From a virus, in the IMG/VR virus record IMGVR_UViG_3300021091_000016: a DNA stretch of 64,000 nucleotides. The stretch is one strand, 5' to 3'. Under the pieces are notes generated by a model. That model was not told where the DNA came from and ran no database searches. It was given only the letters and a program-made list of their open reading frames with translations. Positions 55,569 to 64,000 of this stretch are shown piece after piece (positions within the stretch are counted from its first letter, which is position 1; every line of letters begins with the position of its first letter). A program made the position numbers and the translations under genes.

Positions 55569-57128
55569 ATGGCTCTTATTAAAGGCAAACAAATCGCAGC
55601 TAATAGCATTGCATTAAACAGACTTCCAAAACAAGACTCTGGCAAAATTCTTGTTGGTCAAGGCGCACTCGCAGATATTGATTTTAAAACACTTTCTGGT
55701 GATGCTACACTTGCAGATACAGGTGCTTTAAGTATTGCAGCAAATGCAATTATTGAAAGTAAAATCGCAAACGATGCTATCTCTACTGCAAAAATACAAA
55801 ATGATGCAATTGATAACTCTAAAATTGCAGACAACGCTGTTCAAGAGCTTCAAATTGCAGACAACGCTGTAACTGAAAACAAAATTGCAAACCTAAGTGT
55901 AAGCGCAAATAAACTACAAGACCTATCAGTTTCTACAGGTAAGCTAATAAATAACTCTGTTAATTTTGCAAAATTGAATGCTGATGTTTGGTCTGATGCT
56001 GTTGACCTTAGCAATAATGATAAACTTCCTACATCTCTTGCTGTTAAAACATATATTACTAATAATACTACTGCGTTAGCTAATACAGATGCTTTAGCAG
56101 AAGGTAATACTAATTTATATTTTACAAATGCTAGAGCTCAAGCAGCAGCAGTAGTTGATTCAACTGCAGGTTCTGAAACTACACAAGCTCCCTCTGTTTC
56201 TGCAATTAAATCATATGTTGATGGAAAATTCGAAACAGCAGTACAAGGTTTAGATTTTCGTGCTGCATGTAAAACTGCAAGTACTGATAATGTAAACTTA
56301 GCTACTCCAGGCGCATCAATTAATGGTTTTACATTTACTGCTGGTGGCGAAAGGGTGTTGTTAAAGAATCAAGATGATGCAAAACAAAATGGTATCTATA
56401 ATTGGAATGGCGTCGCTGTTCCTTTAACAAGAAGTCCAGACAGTGACGATGATCCTGATGGTGAAGTAACCGGCGGTATGCTTACATTTATTGAAGCTGG
56501 TAATCTTGCAGGTACATCTTGGGTATTAAATTCGCCAGCTGGTGGTGTGGTTTTCGGTACAGATAATCTCGAATTTGTACAATTCTCTTCAGGTGCTGCA
56601 TATCAAGCTGGTTCTGGTATTGCTATTTCTGGTCTTTCAATTTCTTTGAACCTTAGCAATTTAGCTGATGTAGATGCTTTAGCTAAAGAAGATAAACTTA
56701 GTTTAACAGATGCAAGCGATTCAAGTGTTGGTAAGTTAGTAAGTGTTGCTGATCTCGCTACTTTCTTGGCAGATGGAAGCACAGTTACTGCAACTAATGG
56801 AAAGTTAACCTCTACTGCCACTGGTGGAACCTTAAAGAGAGATATTTCTACAAATCCAACTGCTGTTGCTGCTAGTGCAACCGGTTCTACAGGTTTAACT
56901 ATTAGTTCTACTCCATCCTCAGATGGCCATGTACAAGTATTTATTAATGGATTGTCATATAATATAGGTTCTGCAACTAATTCTGAAGTGTTCTTTAGTA
57001 ATGATAACGGCACTACAGCTAAAACAATTGTTAATATTGCTTCCGGCGATACACTATTTTTCTCAGGAACTACTTCTGGGCATTCTTTAGAAATTGATGA
57101 TGTAATTCAGATTGTATATCAAGCTTAA
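55569..57128 (+). CDS. tail fibre / virion structural protein with 10-aa (A/D)NA(I/V)xxxKI repeats
   Basis: Repeats, EG.TNLYFT.AR, RVLLKNQ..AKQNGIY motifs typical of phage fibres. Confidence 0.75.
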   Translation: MALIKGKQIAANSIALNRLPKQDSGKILVGQGALADIDFKTLSGDATLADTGALSIAANAIIESKIANDAISTAKIQNDAIDNSKIADNAVQELQIADNAVTENKIANLSVSANKLQDLSVSTGKLINNSVNFAKLNADVWSDAVDLSNNDKLPTSLAVKTYITNNTTALANTDALAEGNTNLYFTNARAQAAAVVDSTAGSETTQAPSVSAIKSYVDGKFETAVQGLDFRAACKTASTDNVNLATPGASINGFTFTAGGERVLLKNQDDAKQNGIYNWNGVAVPLTRSPDSDDDPDGEVTGGMLTFIEAGNLAGTSWVLNSPAGGVVFGTDNLEFVQFSSGAAYQAGSGIAISGLSISLNLSNLADVDALAKEDKLSLTDASDSSVGKLVSVADLATFLADGSTVTATNGKLTSTATGGTLKRDISTNPTAVAASATGSTGLTISSTPSSDGHVQVFINGLSYNIGSATNSEVFFSNDNGTTAKTIVNIASGDTLFFSGTTSGHSLEIDDVIQIVYQA

Positions 57129-57160
57129 TATGTGATATACCTCTTTTTAGGAGGTATATC

Positions 57161-57445
57161 ATGAAACCTATTTTATTTATTTTATTAAGTATTTTAATTG
57201 GATGTTCTTCTTTAGGAACAAAACCAACATGTAATAAACCATTAAAATTAGATTATAATTACTCTAATTCTGCTTGTAAAAATGAATTGCAATTATGTCA
57301 AATGGAAATGTATAAAAAACAAGTAGACTTAGAAAAATGCAATAATGATCATAAATGGATCGCTGATGCAATTGTTAATGTTGGAGTTGCTGGACTAGGT
57401 GTACTAACTGGGTATTTATACGCAACTAAGAAAGAAGAAAAATAA
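57161..57445 (+). CDS. lipoprotein with C-terminal TM (spanin-like candidate)
   Basis: Lipobox ILIGC, coiled coil, C-terminal hydrophobic helix. Confidence 0.55.
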   Translation: MKPILFILLSILIGCSSLGTKPTCNKPLKLDYNYSNSACKNELQLCQMEMYKKQVDLEKCNNDHKWIADAIVNVGVAGLGVLTGYLYATKKEEK

Positions 57446-57942
57446 TGTCTAAAATTAAATCAAAACAAATATCAGATATAAGTTCTACTATTACAAGTAT
57501 AATAAATGAAACATCAATTAATGCTTTATTAGATGTAAACACAGTAACCACTACGCCTACAAACGGGCAGGCCTTAGCGTGGAATGGGTCTAATTGGACT
57601 CCTACCACGATTTCTGGAGGGGGTGGAGGGAGCTCTTTAAATTTCCACGTAAACGTAACAAGCAACAATACTGTGTTGACTCTAACAGATGCAGAGACCT
57701 TTGTATTAGTAAAAAATGGAAGCACAGCGTTTAACGTGTACCTGCCTCCTATATCTGGTAAAAATACAAAAAAGGTGCACATAAAGAGACTCGGTACGGC
57801 TTATGTTGCAGTTAATGTAAATAGTAGTGATACAGGGAAGTTCATAGATTTTAGTGGCACCACTTCTTTTATATTGTCTATTACAGGTACAACGCTAACA
57901 CTTGTCGCAAATGAGGCTGACGGTGCTTGGTACATCATGTAA
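57445..57942 (+). CDS. tail-fibre-like protein, MSKIKxKQI family 1
   Basis: L.DV...P.NGQALAWNG..W motif. Confidence 0.7.
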   Translation: MSKIKSKQISDISSTITSIINETSINALLDVNTVTTTPTNGQALAWNGSNWTPTTISGGGGGSSLNFHVNVTSNNTVLTLTDAETFVLVKNGSTAFNVYLPPISGKNTKKVHIKRLGTAYVAVNVNSSDTGKFIDFSGTTSFILSITGTTLTLVANEADGAWYIM

Positions 57943-57957
57943 TAGAAAGGATTAAAA

Positions 57958-58404
57958 ATGAGTTATTTAGCTAAAACTATTATTCAACCCGTATTAGGTC
58001 AATATCTGTTCAGCTATCCCGCAAGTACTGCTGTTTTAAATCACATCTACACACCAATATATAATAATGGAACTAGCACATTCACCAGCTATGCATCTAT
58101 ATCAGGAAATGGAATAATCTTACAACCTGGAGATTATTTTATTGAATGTTATTTAGGTGGTGTAAAGAATGCTTTCAATAATTATGTATGGTATAATCTA
58201 GTGATTGATGGTGTAGATGCCGTAGCACCTAAAGGTCGGGGATTTATTACGGGATATCCTTATGGGACTACTCAAGACGGTTTTCAATACGATTTGACAG
58301 TAAACGAAGGCGCTACAAAAACTATTCAAGTCAGAGCAAATGCTGTTTCCGGAACGGTCACCTATAACACCAACAACGGCACTATGCTAATTTGGAGACT
58401 TTAA
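57958..58404 (+). CDS. small beta-rich fibre-associated protein
   Basis: 148 aa, LQPGDY, ends IWRL. Confidence 0.6.
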   Translation: MSYLAKTIIQPVLGQYLFSYPASTAVLNHIYTPIYNNGTSTFTSYASISGNGIILQPGDYFIECYLGGVKNAFNNYVWYNLVIDGVDAVAPKGRGFITGYPYGTTQDGFQYDLTVNEGATKTIQVRANAVSGTVTYNTNNGTMLIWRL

Positions 58405-58406
58405 AA

Positions 58407-58880
58407 ATGACTTATATTCCTAGCACACCTATTAAATATGTGAAGGCAGATTCAACAGCCACCGCTACCGGCTTTGGGACTCATTTGTGGGACTTTGCGT
58501 CTAATCAAGATGCAGAATTTTGTAGAAAAGCTACCGCTAGTTACGATAACACTAAACTTAAAGGTTTATATTTTTCTAATTGGCATTTCAATATTGGAGC
58601 ATTCTCATTAGATTATCAATATAATGTGTTTTATAACACACTTGGAGATAATATCACTGTATCAAATTATACAGGAAATCAATCTTATAAAAATGCCTAT
58701 GTCGGTAGTATGACACAGATTTACTCTGTTGCACCCTGGTGGAATAGTATTGTTGCTTTAGGTGCTCCTAAATATGGTATAAATAGTTCGGGAACTAAGA
58801 ACTCTGTTGGCGCCGCTAGATCAACCTCAAGAAATCTTAATAGTCATATTTTTATGTTACCCATAGCTGAGAATAAATAA
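58407..58880 (+). CDS. small beta-rich fibre-associated protein
   Basis: MTYIPS start. Confidence 0.6.
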   Translation: MTYIPSTPIKYVKADSTATATGFGTHLWDFASNQDAEFCRKATASYDNTKLKGLYFSNWHFNIGAFSLDYQYNVFYNTLGDNITVSNYTGNQSYKNAYVGSMTQIYSVAPWWNSIVALGAPKYGINSSGTKNSVGAARSTSRNLNSHIFMLPIAENK

Positions 58881-59372
58881 ATGTACATACCTTCAAATAT
58901 CATTAGAATGCCTAGTGTTCTACTTTTTCCTGACCAATTAAATACAGGTGGTGCAAATACCAAAGCCACCTTCACTAATGCAAGTACAAATCCCAACTAT
59001 AAATTTTTTGATTTAGAACAAAACACCAATTATTCAATAAATAATCTTGATACCTCCGTAATAACAGTAACTAAGAAAACCTTAATTAGAGCTACATTAA
59101 GGCAAGCAACAGCGGCTCAAAATCAGGGATATCTTTATGGGATTTTTGATAGCACTACTAATTTGCAATTAGGTTGTCAAGGAGGATATGGGTATTTAAG
59201 CAATTCATATGCATCACCAAATGGTGGAGCATTACATCAGTATCATAATTCTGCAGATGCAATTTTAGATGCAAATACATCGTTTTATTTAAAGATTGTT
59301 TCTGTTACTCCGTCTGGCGGAGGAATATCTACTCAAGCAAGCAAGATATATCTTTTTAATTTAGAAGCATAA
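58881..59372 (+). CDS. small beta-rich fibre-associated protein
   Basis: MYIPS start. Confidence 0.6.
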   Translation: MYIPSNIIRMPSVLLFPDQLNTGGANTKATFTNASTNPNYKFFDLEQNTNYSINNLDTSVITVTKKTLIRATLRQATAAQNQGYLYGIFDSTTNLQLGCQGGYGYLSNSYASPNGGALHQYHNSADAILDANTSFYLKIVSVTPSGGGISTQASKIYLFNLEA

Positions 59373-59429
59373 TTGAATTATATAAAAATCAAATGATATA
59401 TTACATACATGCCTAACGTGGAGTATATC

Positions 59430-59834
59430 ATGGAAATAAATGAACAATTAATAGAAGCTATCATTATGTCTGCTACTGCAGGTCAATTCGGTACTCAAAT
59501 CGTAGAAGAAAGCTTTAAGCTTTCAATTAATGCCTTAAGTGCAGCCAAAAAACAGTTATTCTTACATGTATGTAGTGGCCTTGTAGCTTTAACTGTATAC
59601 ATATTTACTAATCAAAGCTTTGTGCTTAAAGCAGGACTACTTGCTTTCTTATCTGGTATGTTTGCAGAAGCTGCATTAAAGCTATTAAAGAGAAAGAATC
59701 AAGCTGCTGTAGAAAAGTCTATGGAGCTAGCAATTAAGCTTGAACAAAAGGAACGCGAAGAGCTAGAAGAAGAAGTAAAGGCTTTAAGAGAAATGGTTAA
59801 AAAAATTCAGGAGTCTCAAAATGCTCGAACATGA
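59430..59834 (+). CDS. membrane protein with coiled-coil tail (holin-like candidate)
   Basis: GGAG RBS; 2-3 TM segments upstream of endolysin. Confidence 0.5.
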   Translation: MEINEQLIEAIIMSATAGQFGTQIVEESFKLSINALSAAKKQLFLHVCSGLVALTVYIFTNQSFVLKAGLLAFLSGMFAEAALKLLKRKNQAAVEKSMELAIKLEQKEREELEEEVKALREMVKKIQESQNART

Positions 59835-59958
59835 TTGTGAATTAGAAAATTGCTCATGCACAATACCTTTATTTATAACATGTACTTGCTGTGAAGAAGG
59901 TGAATGCAGCTGTGATGATTGTGATATTTGCGAATCAGAATTAGAAACAAAGGATTAA
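59821..59958 (+). CDS. metallothionein-like Cys-rich peptide (45 aa, not in track)
   Basis: MLEHDCELENCSCTIPLFITCTCCEEGECSCDDCDICESELETKD; AGGAG RBS; 10 Cys. Confidence 0.65.
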   Translation: MLEHDCELENCSCTIPLFITCTCCEEGECSCDDCDICESELETKD

Positions 59959-59966
59959 AGATTTTT

Positions 59967-60374
59967 ATGTTAAAAAAAGAACAGAAAACAAATCTTCAAG
60001 TTACAAAAAACTTTAATATTTCAGAATTAGAATATTATGATGCTGTACCTACTACACTTGTAGCAAATGCAACAGAGCTATTACAAAATCTTCAAGTATT
60101 AAGGGATGCATGTGGAAAGCCTATTACTATTATTTCAGGATATAGATCTCCTGAACGCAACAAAGCTGTTGGTGGGAGTACTATGTCTCAGCATATGTTT
60201 GCTAATGCAGCAGATATTCAAATAAAAGGTATGACTCCACAACAAATGTATGATCTTGTTGAAAAATTAATTAAAGAGGGTAAAATGAAACAAGGTGGTC
60301 TAGGTTTATATCCTAGAGAAGGTGGTTGGATTCACTATGATACTCGTGGCGTTAAAGCCAGATGGAATGGTTAA
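59967..60374 (+). CDS. peptidase M15 endolysin
   Basis: ISGYRS..RN..VGG...SQH...AADI, W.H.D.RG. Confidence 0.9.
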   Translation: MLKKEQKTNLQVTKNFNISELEYYDAVPTTLVANATELLQNLQVLRDACGKPITIISGYRSPERNKAVGGSTMSQHMFANAADIQIKGMTPQQMYDLVEKLIKEGKMKQGGLGLYPREGGWIHYDTRGVKARWNG

Positions 60375-60376
60375 TT

Positions 60377-60931
60377 ATGTCTAAAATTAAAACAAAACAA
60401 ATCAATAATTTTACATCCGATGTTCGAAGTCAATTTACTCCTGGAGCTGGAATTTCTATTAATTCTGGCGCGATTGCATCAACTATCACACAGTACACTG
60501 ATGTTTTAGCAAAAACTGCAGCTGTAGTTAATTCAATGGCTGGATCTCAACAGGATCAAGCTGCTTCAGTTTCCTCAGTAAAGGCTTATTATACAGGCGG
60601 AACAGGTATATCAGTTGTTAATGGTGTGATTGCTTCTACAGCTAGTGGTGGCAGTGGTTCGGTACCAGCATTCGTTACGGTAGCTCCAGTTGCAAATGAT
60701 TTTTCAACAACAAATACTGTTGTTTGGGTAATTAATGGAAATGTAACCTTACCTAATCCAAATATAGCTTCTGTAGGGCAGATTCTATTTATAAAAAATT
60801 CTACTCAAAATAATATTGTAATAACTACATCTACTTATATGTTAGAAGCCCCGTCTGGAACCTTTAATTTAAATGGATATTATAGTTCATTAGGATTAAT
60901 AAAATACAACAATCAATGGATGGTTTTATAA
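60377..60931 (+). CDS. tail-fibre-like protein, MSKIKxKQI family 2
   Basis: GAGISI/GTGISV repeats, VTLP..GQ..FIKN C-domain. Confidence 0.7.
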   Translation: MSKIKTKQINNFTSDVRSQFTPGAGISINSGAIASTITQYTDVLAKTAAVVNSMAGSQQDQAASVSSVKAYYTGGTGISVVNGVIASTASGGSGSVPAFVTVAPVANDFSTTNTVVWVINGNVTLPNPNIASVGQILFIKNSTQNNIVITTSTYMLEAPSGTFNLNGYYSSLGLIKYNNQWMVL

Positions 60932-60932
60932 A

Positions 60933-61601
60933 ATGACATGGCTGAATATACTTGATTCTGAAAAAACTCAAAAAAAAATAAATATAGATATAATTAAATT
61001 TAGTTATGATGGACCTGCATATACAGTAAGCAATGCAAATGGTGGAACTCATGCATTTGACAAAGGATATTGTCCTTTACTACTACCTAATAAAACTGTT
61101 ATATGTGGAACTGATTTTCTTACCTTGTCTACTGCTGTTTCAAATGGAGTTACTGTTCAAGCTTTTAATTTACCAAATTTCGATCATGCAAATTACATAT
61201 ATTTAATTGATTATAGTTTTGGATATTTTGGACATTCTGCAAACGAACTCAATGGTTATTATGTAAACCTAGTTAGGTCGTCGACTTTACTAAATTGTTT
61301 CAATGTAGGAGCATTCCCCTCTACCATAAGAACTGTAGGATTTTACAATTCAACAACAGGCCCAATTCGATCTACTAATTTTTTTGTATCTTCGGGAACA
61401 ACAAATTATACTGCAGATTTATCAAATGCAGAAAGCACTAGAGGAAATCTTATTATTCATGAAGGTGTTGCTGCATATGCTTTGACTGGATTTGGTGCAA
61501 TTGTTGTAAGACCAGTATTATCTTCAACAACATCTCTCAATCCTACCGGGCATAAAATTGCAAATGTAGAAATGATAATAAAAAGGATAGCAAAAGTATG
61601 A
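60933..61601 (+). CDS. beta-rich fibre-associated protein
   Basis: 222-aa ORF in cassette. Confidence 0.6.
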   Translation: MTWLNILDSEKTQKKINIDIIKFSYDGPAYTVSNANGGTHAFDKGYCPLLLPNKTVICGTDFLTLSTAVSNGVTVQAFNLPNFDHANYIYLIDYSFGYFGHSANELNGYYVNLVRSSTLLNCFNVGAFPSTIRTVGFYNSTTGPIRSTNFFVSSGTTNYTADLSNAESTRGNLIIHEGVAAYALTGFGAIVVRPVLSSTTSLNPTGHKIANVEMIIKRIAKV

Positions 61602-61975
61602 CATTTATAAATGAAAGAGAAGTAAAAGATACTTCCGTTAATCCAAAAATATTAGTTATACATAGAAATAATTTAACGCCAACAACAATGCAAGCCTACA
61701 ACAATATTCCTCTTGCAATTACTGATACTACAGGGGGTAATACTGTAGCTGCTTTGCCTGGAAATTATTATTATTTTGTAGAGTTTCATCATGCACAAAA
61801 TGTTTCTGTAACATCAGGAACTATAGGTGGTAAAAATTTAGTTTTTAAGCAGTCCTTAGATGCAGGATATTCTTGTTGTTCATTTGAATTACTTAGCTCC
61901 AGCACTCTAATAATAACCAGACTTAATGCAATCATTCCTCATGAATGGATTGTTATCTATGCAGTGAGTATATAA
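61598..61975 (+). CDS. small fibre-associated protein
   Basis: MTFIN start. Confidence 0.6.
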   Translation: MTFINEREVKDTSVNPKILVIHRNNLTPTTMQAYNNIPLAITDTTGGNTVAALPGNYYYFVEFHHAQNVSVTSGTIGGKNLVFKQSLDAGYSCCSFELLSSSTLIITRLNAIIPHEWIVIYAVSI

Positions 61976-62371
61976 ATGACATTCGTAAATAAAACTTATG
62001 AAAAATCTCCATTTCAAATTATTGAAGTAAATACAACTACTTCAGATGAAGTGTCAAATGAATTAACTTGGGACACAACAGCATATAATTTTAACGTTAC
62101 ATCTGCTAATCAAAAATTTCTTATAATTAGAAGGTTTGAAGCAACACCAGCAACAAATACAACCTTAGATGTAATTCAAAATAACAATGGAAGTAAAACA
62201 TTTTTCAATGGAACGAATACATATGTAAAAGCAAATGGAGAGCTTTACACTGTGGGAGTAGGAGATTACGGAACAACACAGTCTAATATTTCAAATACAG
62301 TCTCTCATTCAGTTATTGAAGCCACCACAAATTACACTAAAAAATTATACACTTTAATGAGAATAAATTAA
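61976..62371 (+). CDS. small fibre-associated protein
   Basis: MTFVN start. Confidence 0.6.
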   Translation: MTFVNKTYEKSPFQIIEVNTTTSDEVSNELTWDTTAYNFNVTSANQKFLIIRRFEATPATNTTLDVIQNNNGSKTFFNGTNTYVKANGELYTVGVGDYGTTQSNISNTVSHSVIEATTNYTKKLYTLMRIN

Positions 62372-62372
62372 A

Positions 62373-63023
62373 ATGTCTAAAATTAAAACAAAACAAATAA
62401 ATGACTTCACTAATGCTGTTAGAAATCAAATTTCTGCTAGCACTGGAATTACCATAATAAATGGAGAAATAGCTTCTAGTATCACGCAGTACACTGATGA
62501 GCTCGCTCAGGACGCCTCAGCATCTCTGCTCACTACGGGCACTCATACAGGCATCAGTTACTCCTATGTGGACGGATCAGATAGGATCGATTCTACCGTC
62601 TCTCTAGCAGGTTTTAGCATTGATGCCTTGAGCGATGTCGACACAAGCACAACGCCTCCGACTAGCGGTCAAGCCTTGGCGTGGGATGAGACAAGCAAGT
62701 GGGTCCCCACATCGATCACAGGTGGCAGTCGCCCATCATATACTACTGTTAGCTCATTCCCATTGACCATCTCTGCCCCTGCTTCTAGCGTGGTAAAAGC
62801 AAGATACTATCTCAATAATGGTACCAGTGCAGTCACTGTCAATCTGCCCGCTGTCGCCTCATGCGATGGCCTAGAGGTTGTCATCAAATTGCTTGGCACT
62901 GGCACTGCTACCATTGACGCAAACGCAAGCGAGACTATCGATGGGGCATTGACTTTTGCACTATCCCTGCAAAATTCATCGGTCAATTTGATCGCTACCT
63001 CTGCAGGGTGGAGGATAGAATAA
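62373..63023 (+). CDS. tail-fibre-like protein, MSKIKxKQI family 3
   Basis: YTDELAQDA, LSDVD...GQALAWD, TV.LPA...ETIDG. Confidence 0.72.
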   Translation: MSKIKTKQINDFTNAVRNQISASTGITIINGEIASSITQYTDELAQDASASLLTTGTHTGISYSYVDGSDRIDSTVSLAGFSIDALSDVDTSTTPPTSGQALAWDETSKWVPTSITGGSRPSYTTVSSFPLTISAPASSVVKARYYLNNGTSAVTVNLPAVASCDGLEVVIKLLGTGTATIDANASETIDGALTFALSLQNSSVNLIATSAGWRIE

Positions 63024-63409
63024 TGTCATATAATGTCGCTAGACAGGTCAGCCCACAGGTTGCCATCCTGTCATTCTCATCTGCAGGGGCGGGAAATGTC
63101 GATTTTGCATCGGTAAACGGCCAATTCTCCACTACTGGAATCGGTACTAGTACGCTACAACTGGAAGCAGGGTATGAGTATTTTCTGATATCATCGCCGG
63201 TCACTGCATCAGCAACGGGCGCAACATTTTATCATATAGTCAATGGGGTCAATAGGACTTCATATAGCATAGTATCCACGAGCGTTACAAGCGGACTAGA
63301 TCAACAGATTGAATCCATTCAAAGTGACTCAACGACAACTTTTTCTTTGCATTGCAGTCAAGCCACATCGAGCAACTCAAGGCTCGAAGTTTGGAGGATG
63401 CCTTTATGA
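63023..63409 (+). CDS. small fibre-associated protein
   Basis: MSYN start, LEAGYEY, ends VWRMPL (parallels 57958). Confidence 0.6.
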   Translation: MSYNVARQVSPQVAILSFSSAGAGNVDFASVNGQFSTTGIGTSTLQLEAGYEYFLISSPVTASATGATFYHIVNGVNRTSYSIVSTSVTSGLDQQIESIQSDSTTTFSLHCSQATSSNSRLEVWRMPL

Positions 63410-63783
63410 GTCACGACCCCAGTGCGAACGCAGGTATAAGGTCAATTCAAGTTGATATAGATGGGGCATCGATTGTGAGTGATGATATAGCAACTCATAC
63501 AAAAACTACATTCAATGCATCATCAGTTTATTTTATAGATCACCGATATTTTTATACTACCAGTAGTTCCAGTGCAGGTAAGATCGTATACACAAGTTTA
63601 TCTGGATTTGGCTTTATGGGGGGAATCACTAGATCAAATGCGGTTACTGGATTAAGTACGATAACCGATAGTTTATTTTGTGGGGTAAATACCAGAAACC
63701 AAAATTTAACTAATGTGGAAACGAGTCAAGGGTCGGGGACTTTAACCTCAACTACCTTTAGATCATATTGGAGGATTTTATGA
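63406..63783 (+). CDS. small fibre-associated protein
   Basis: MSHDP start overlapping previous stop. Confidence 0.6.
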   Translation: MSHDPSANAGIRSIQVDIDGASIVSDDIATHTKTTFNASSVYFIDHRYFYTTSSSSAGKIVYTSLSGFGFMGGITRSNAVTGLSTITDSLFCGVNTRNQNLTNVETSQGSGTLTSTTFRSYWRIL

Positions 63784-64000
63784 GCTACTTTGGATCAGAA
63801 AAAAGGCTACTCCTATCAATATCGGCTCTATCATCAACGGCAACTCAAGCAATTGGATTAACTGAAACTGATGTCACCGTCTTTAATGGACAGAGCTTGA
63901 CACAACTGGTATCATCTATCGGCTATCCCAGTATATCATCAGCATCTCAGCAGATCACTCTTGAGGCGGGATGGTACTATCTGTTATCTGTCAGAATCAA
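63780..64000 (+). CDS. small fibre-associated protein (runs off window)
   Basis: MSYFGS...LEAGWYY, open at window end. Confidence 0.55.
   Translation, partial: MSYFGSEKRLLLSISALSSTATQAIGLTETDVTVFNGQSLTQLVSSIGYPSISSASQQITLEAGWYYLLSVRI

Noticed and set aside
55404-55592. Minus-strand ORF starting MFAFNKSH, which looks like the DnaE sequence that should follow the intein
   Set aside because: It is the antisense of the MALIKGKQI start of gene 55569, has no IntC and no DnaE similarity beyond six residues; most likely coincidence

Overview
A 64 kb segment of a large, AT-rich dsDNA bacteriophage genome; essentially all real genes are on the + strand and read in the standard bacterial code. (1) 1-13.9 kb is a visibly more GC-rich, probably early region. 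It centres on a 1843-aa single-chain two-barrel RNA polymerase (YonO/QDE-1-like motifs). Its spacers hold seven hammerhead ribozymes, many small H-type pseudoknots, a tRNA-like minihelix and a repeated terminator + GACGAGACG motif. (2) 14-55 kb carries nucleotide metabolism and replication genes: purA, purB, thyX, nrdAB, dCMP deaminase, RNase H, SSB, a Whirly-like protein, SpoVG, PhoH, an R-M pair, recA split by a group I intron with a homing endonuclease, and a fragmented dnaE ending in a split-intein N half. It also holds an apparently complete ubiquitin-like conjugation locus (E2-like fusion, JAB protease, E1, a single Ubl and a 4x poly-Ubl precursor) next to a protease-less Lon AAA+ protein and a nucleotidyltransferase. 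(3) 55-64 kb holds modular tail-fibre cassettes and lysis genes. The best candidates for new biology are the phage poly-ubiquitin-like system and the ribozyme/pseudoknot-studded RNAP region. All assignments come from motif recognition by eye; no searches were run.
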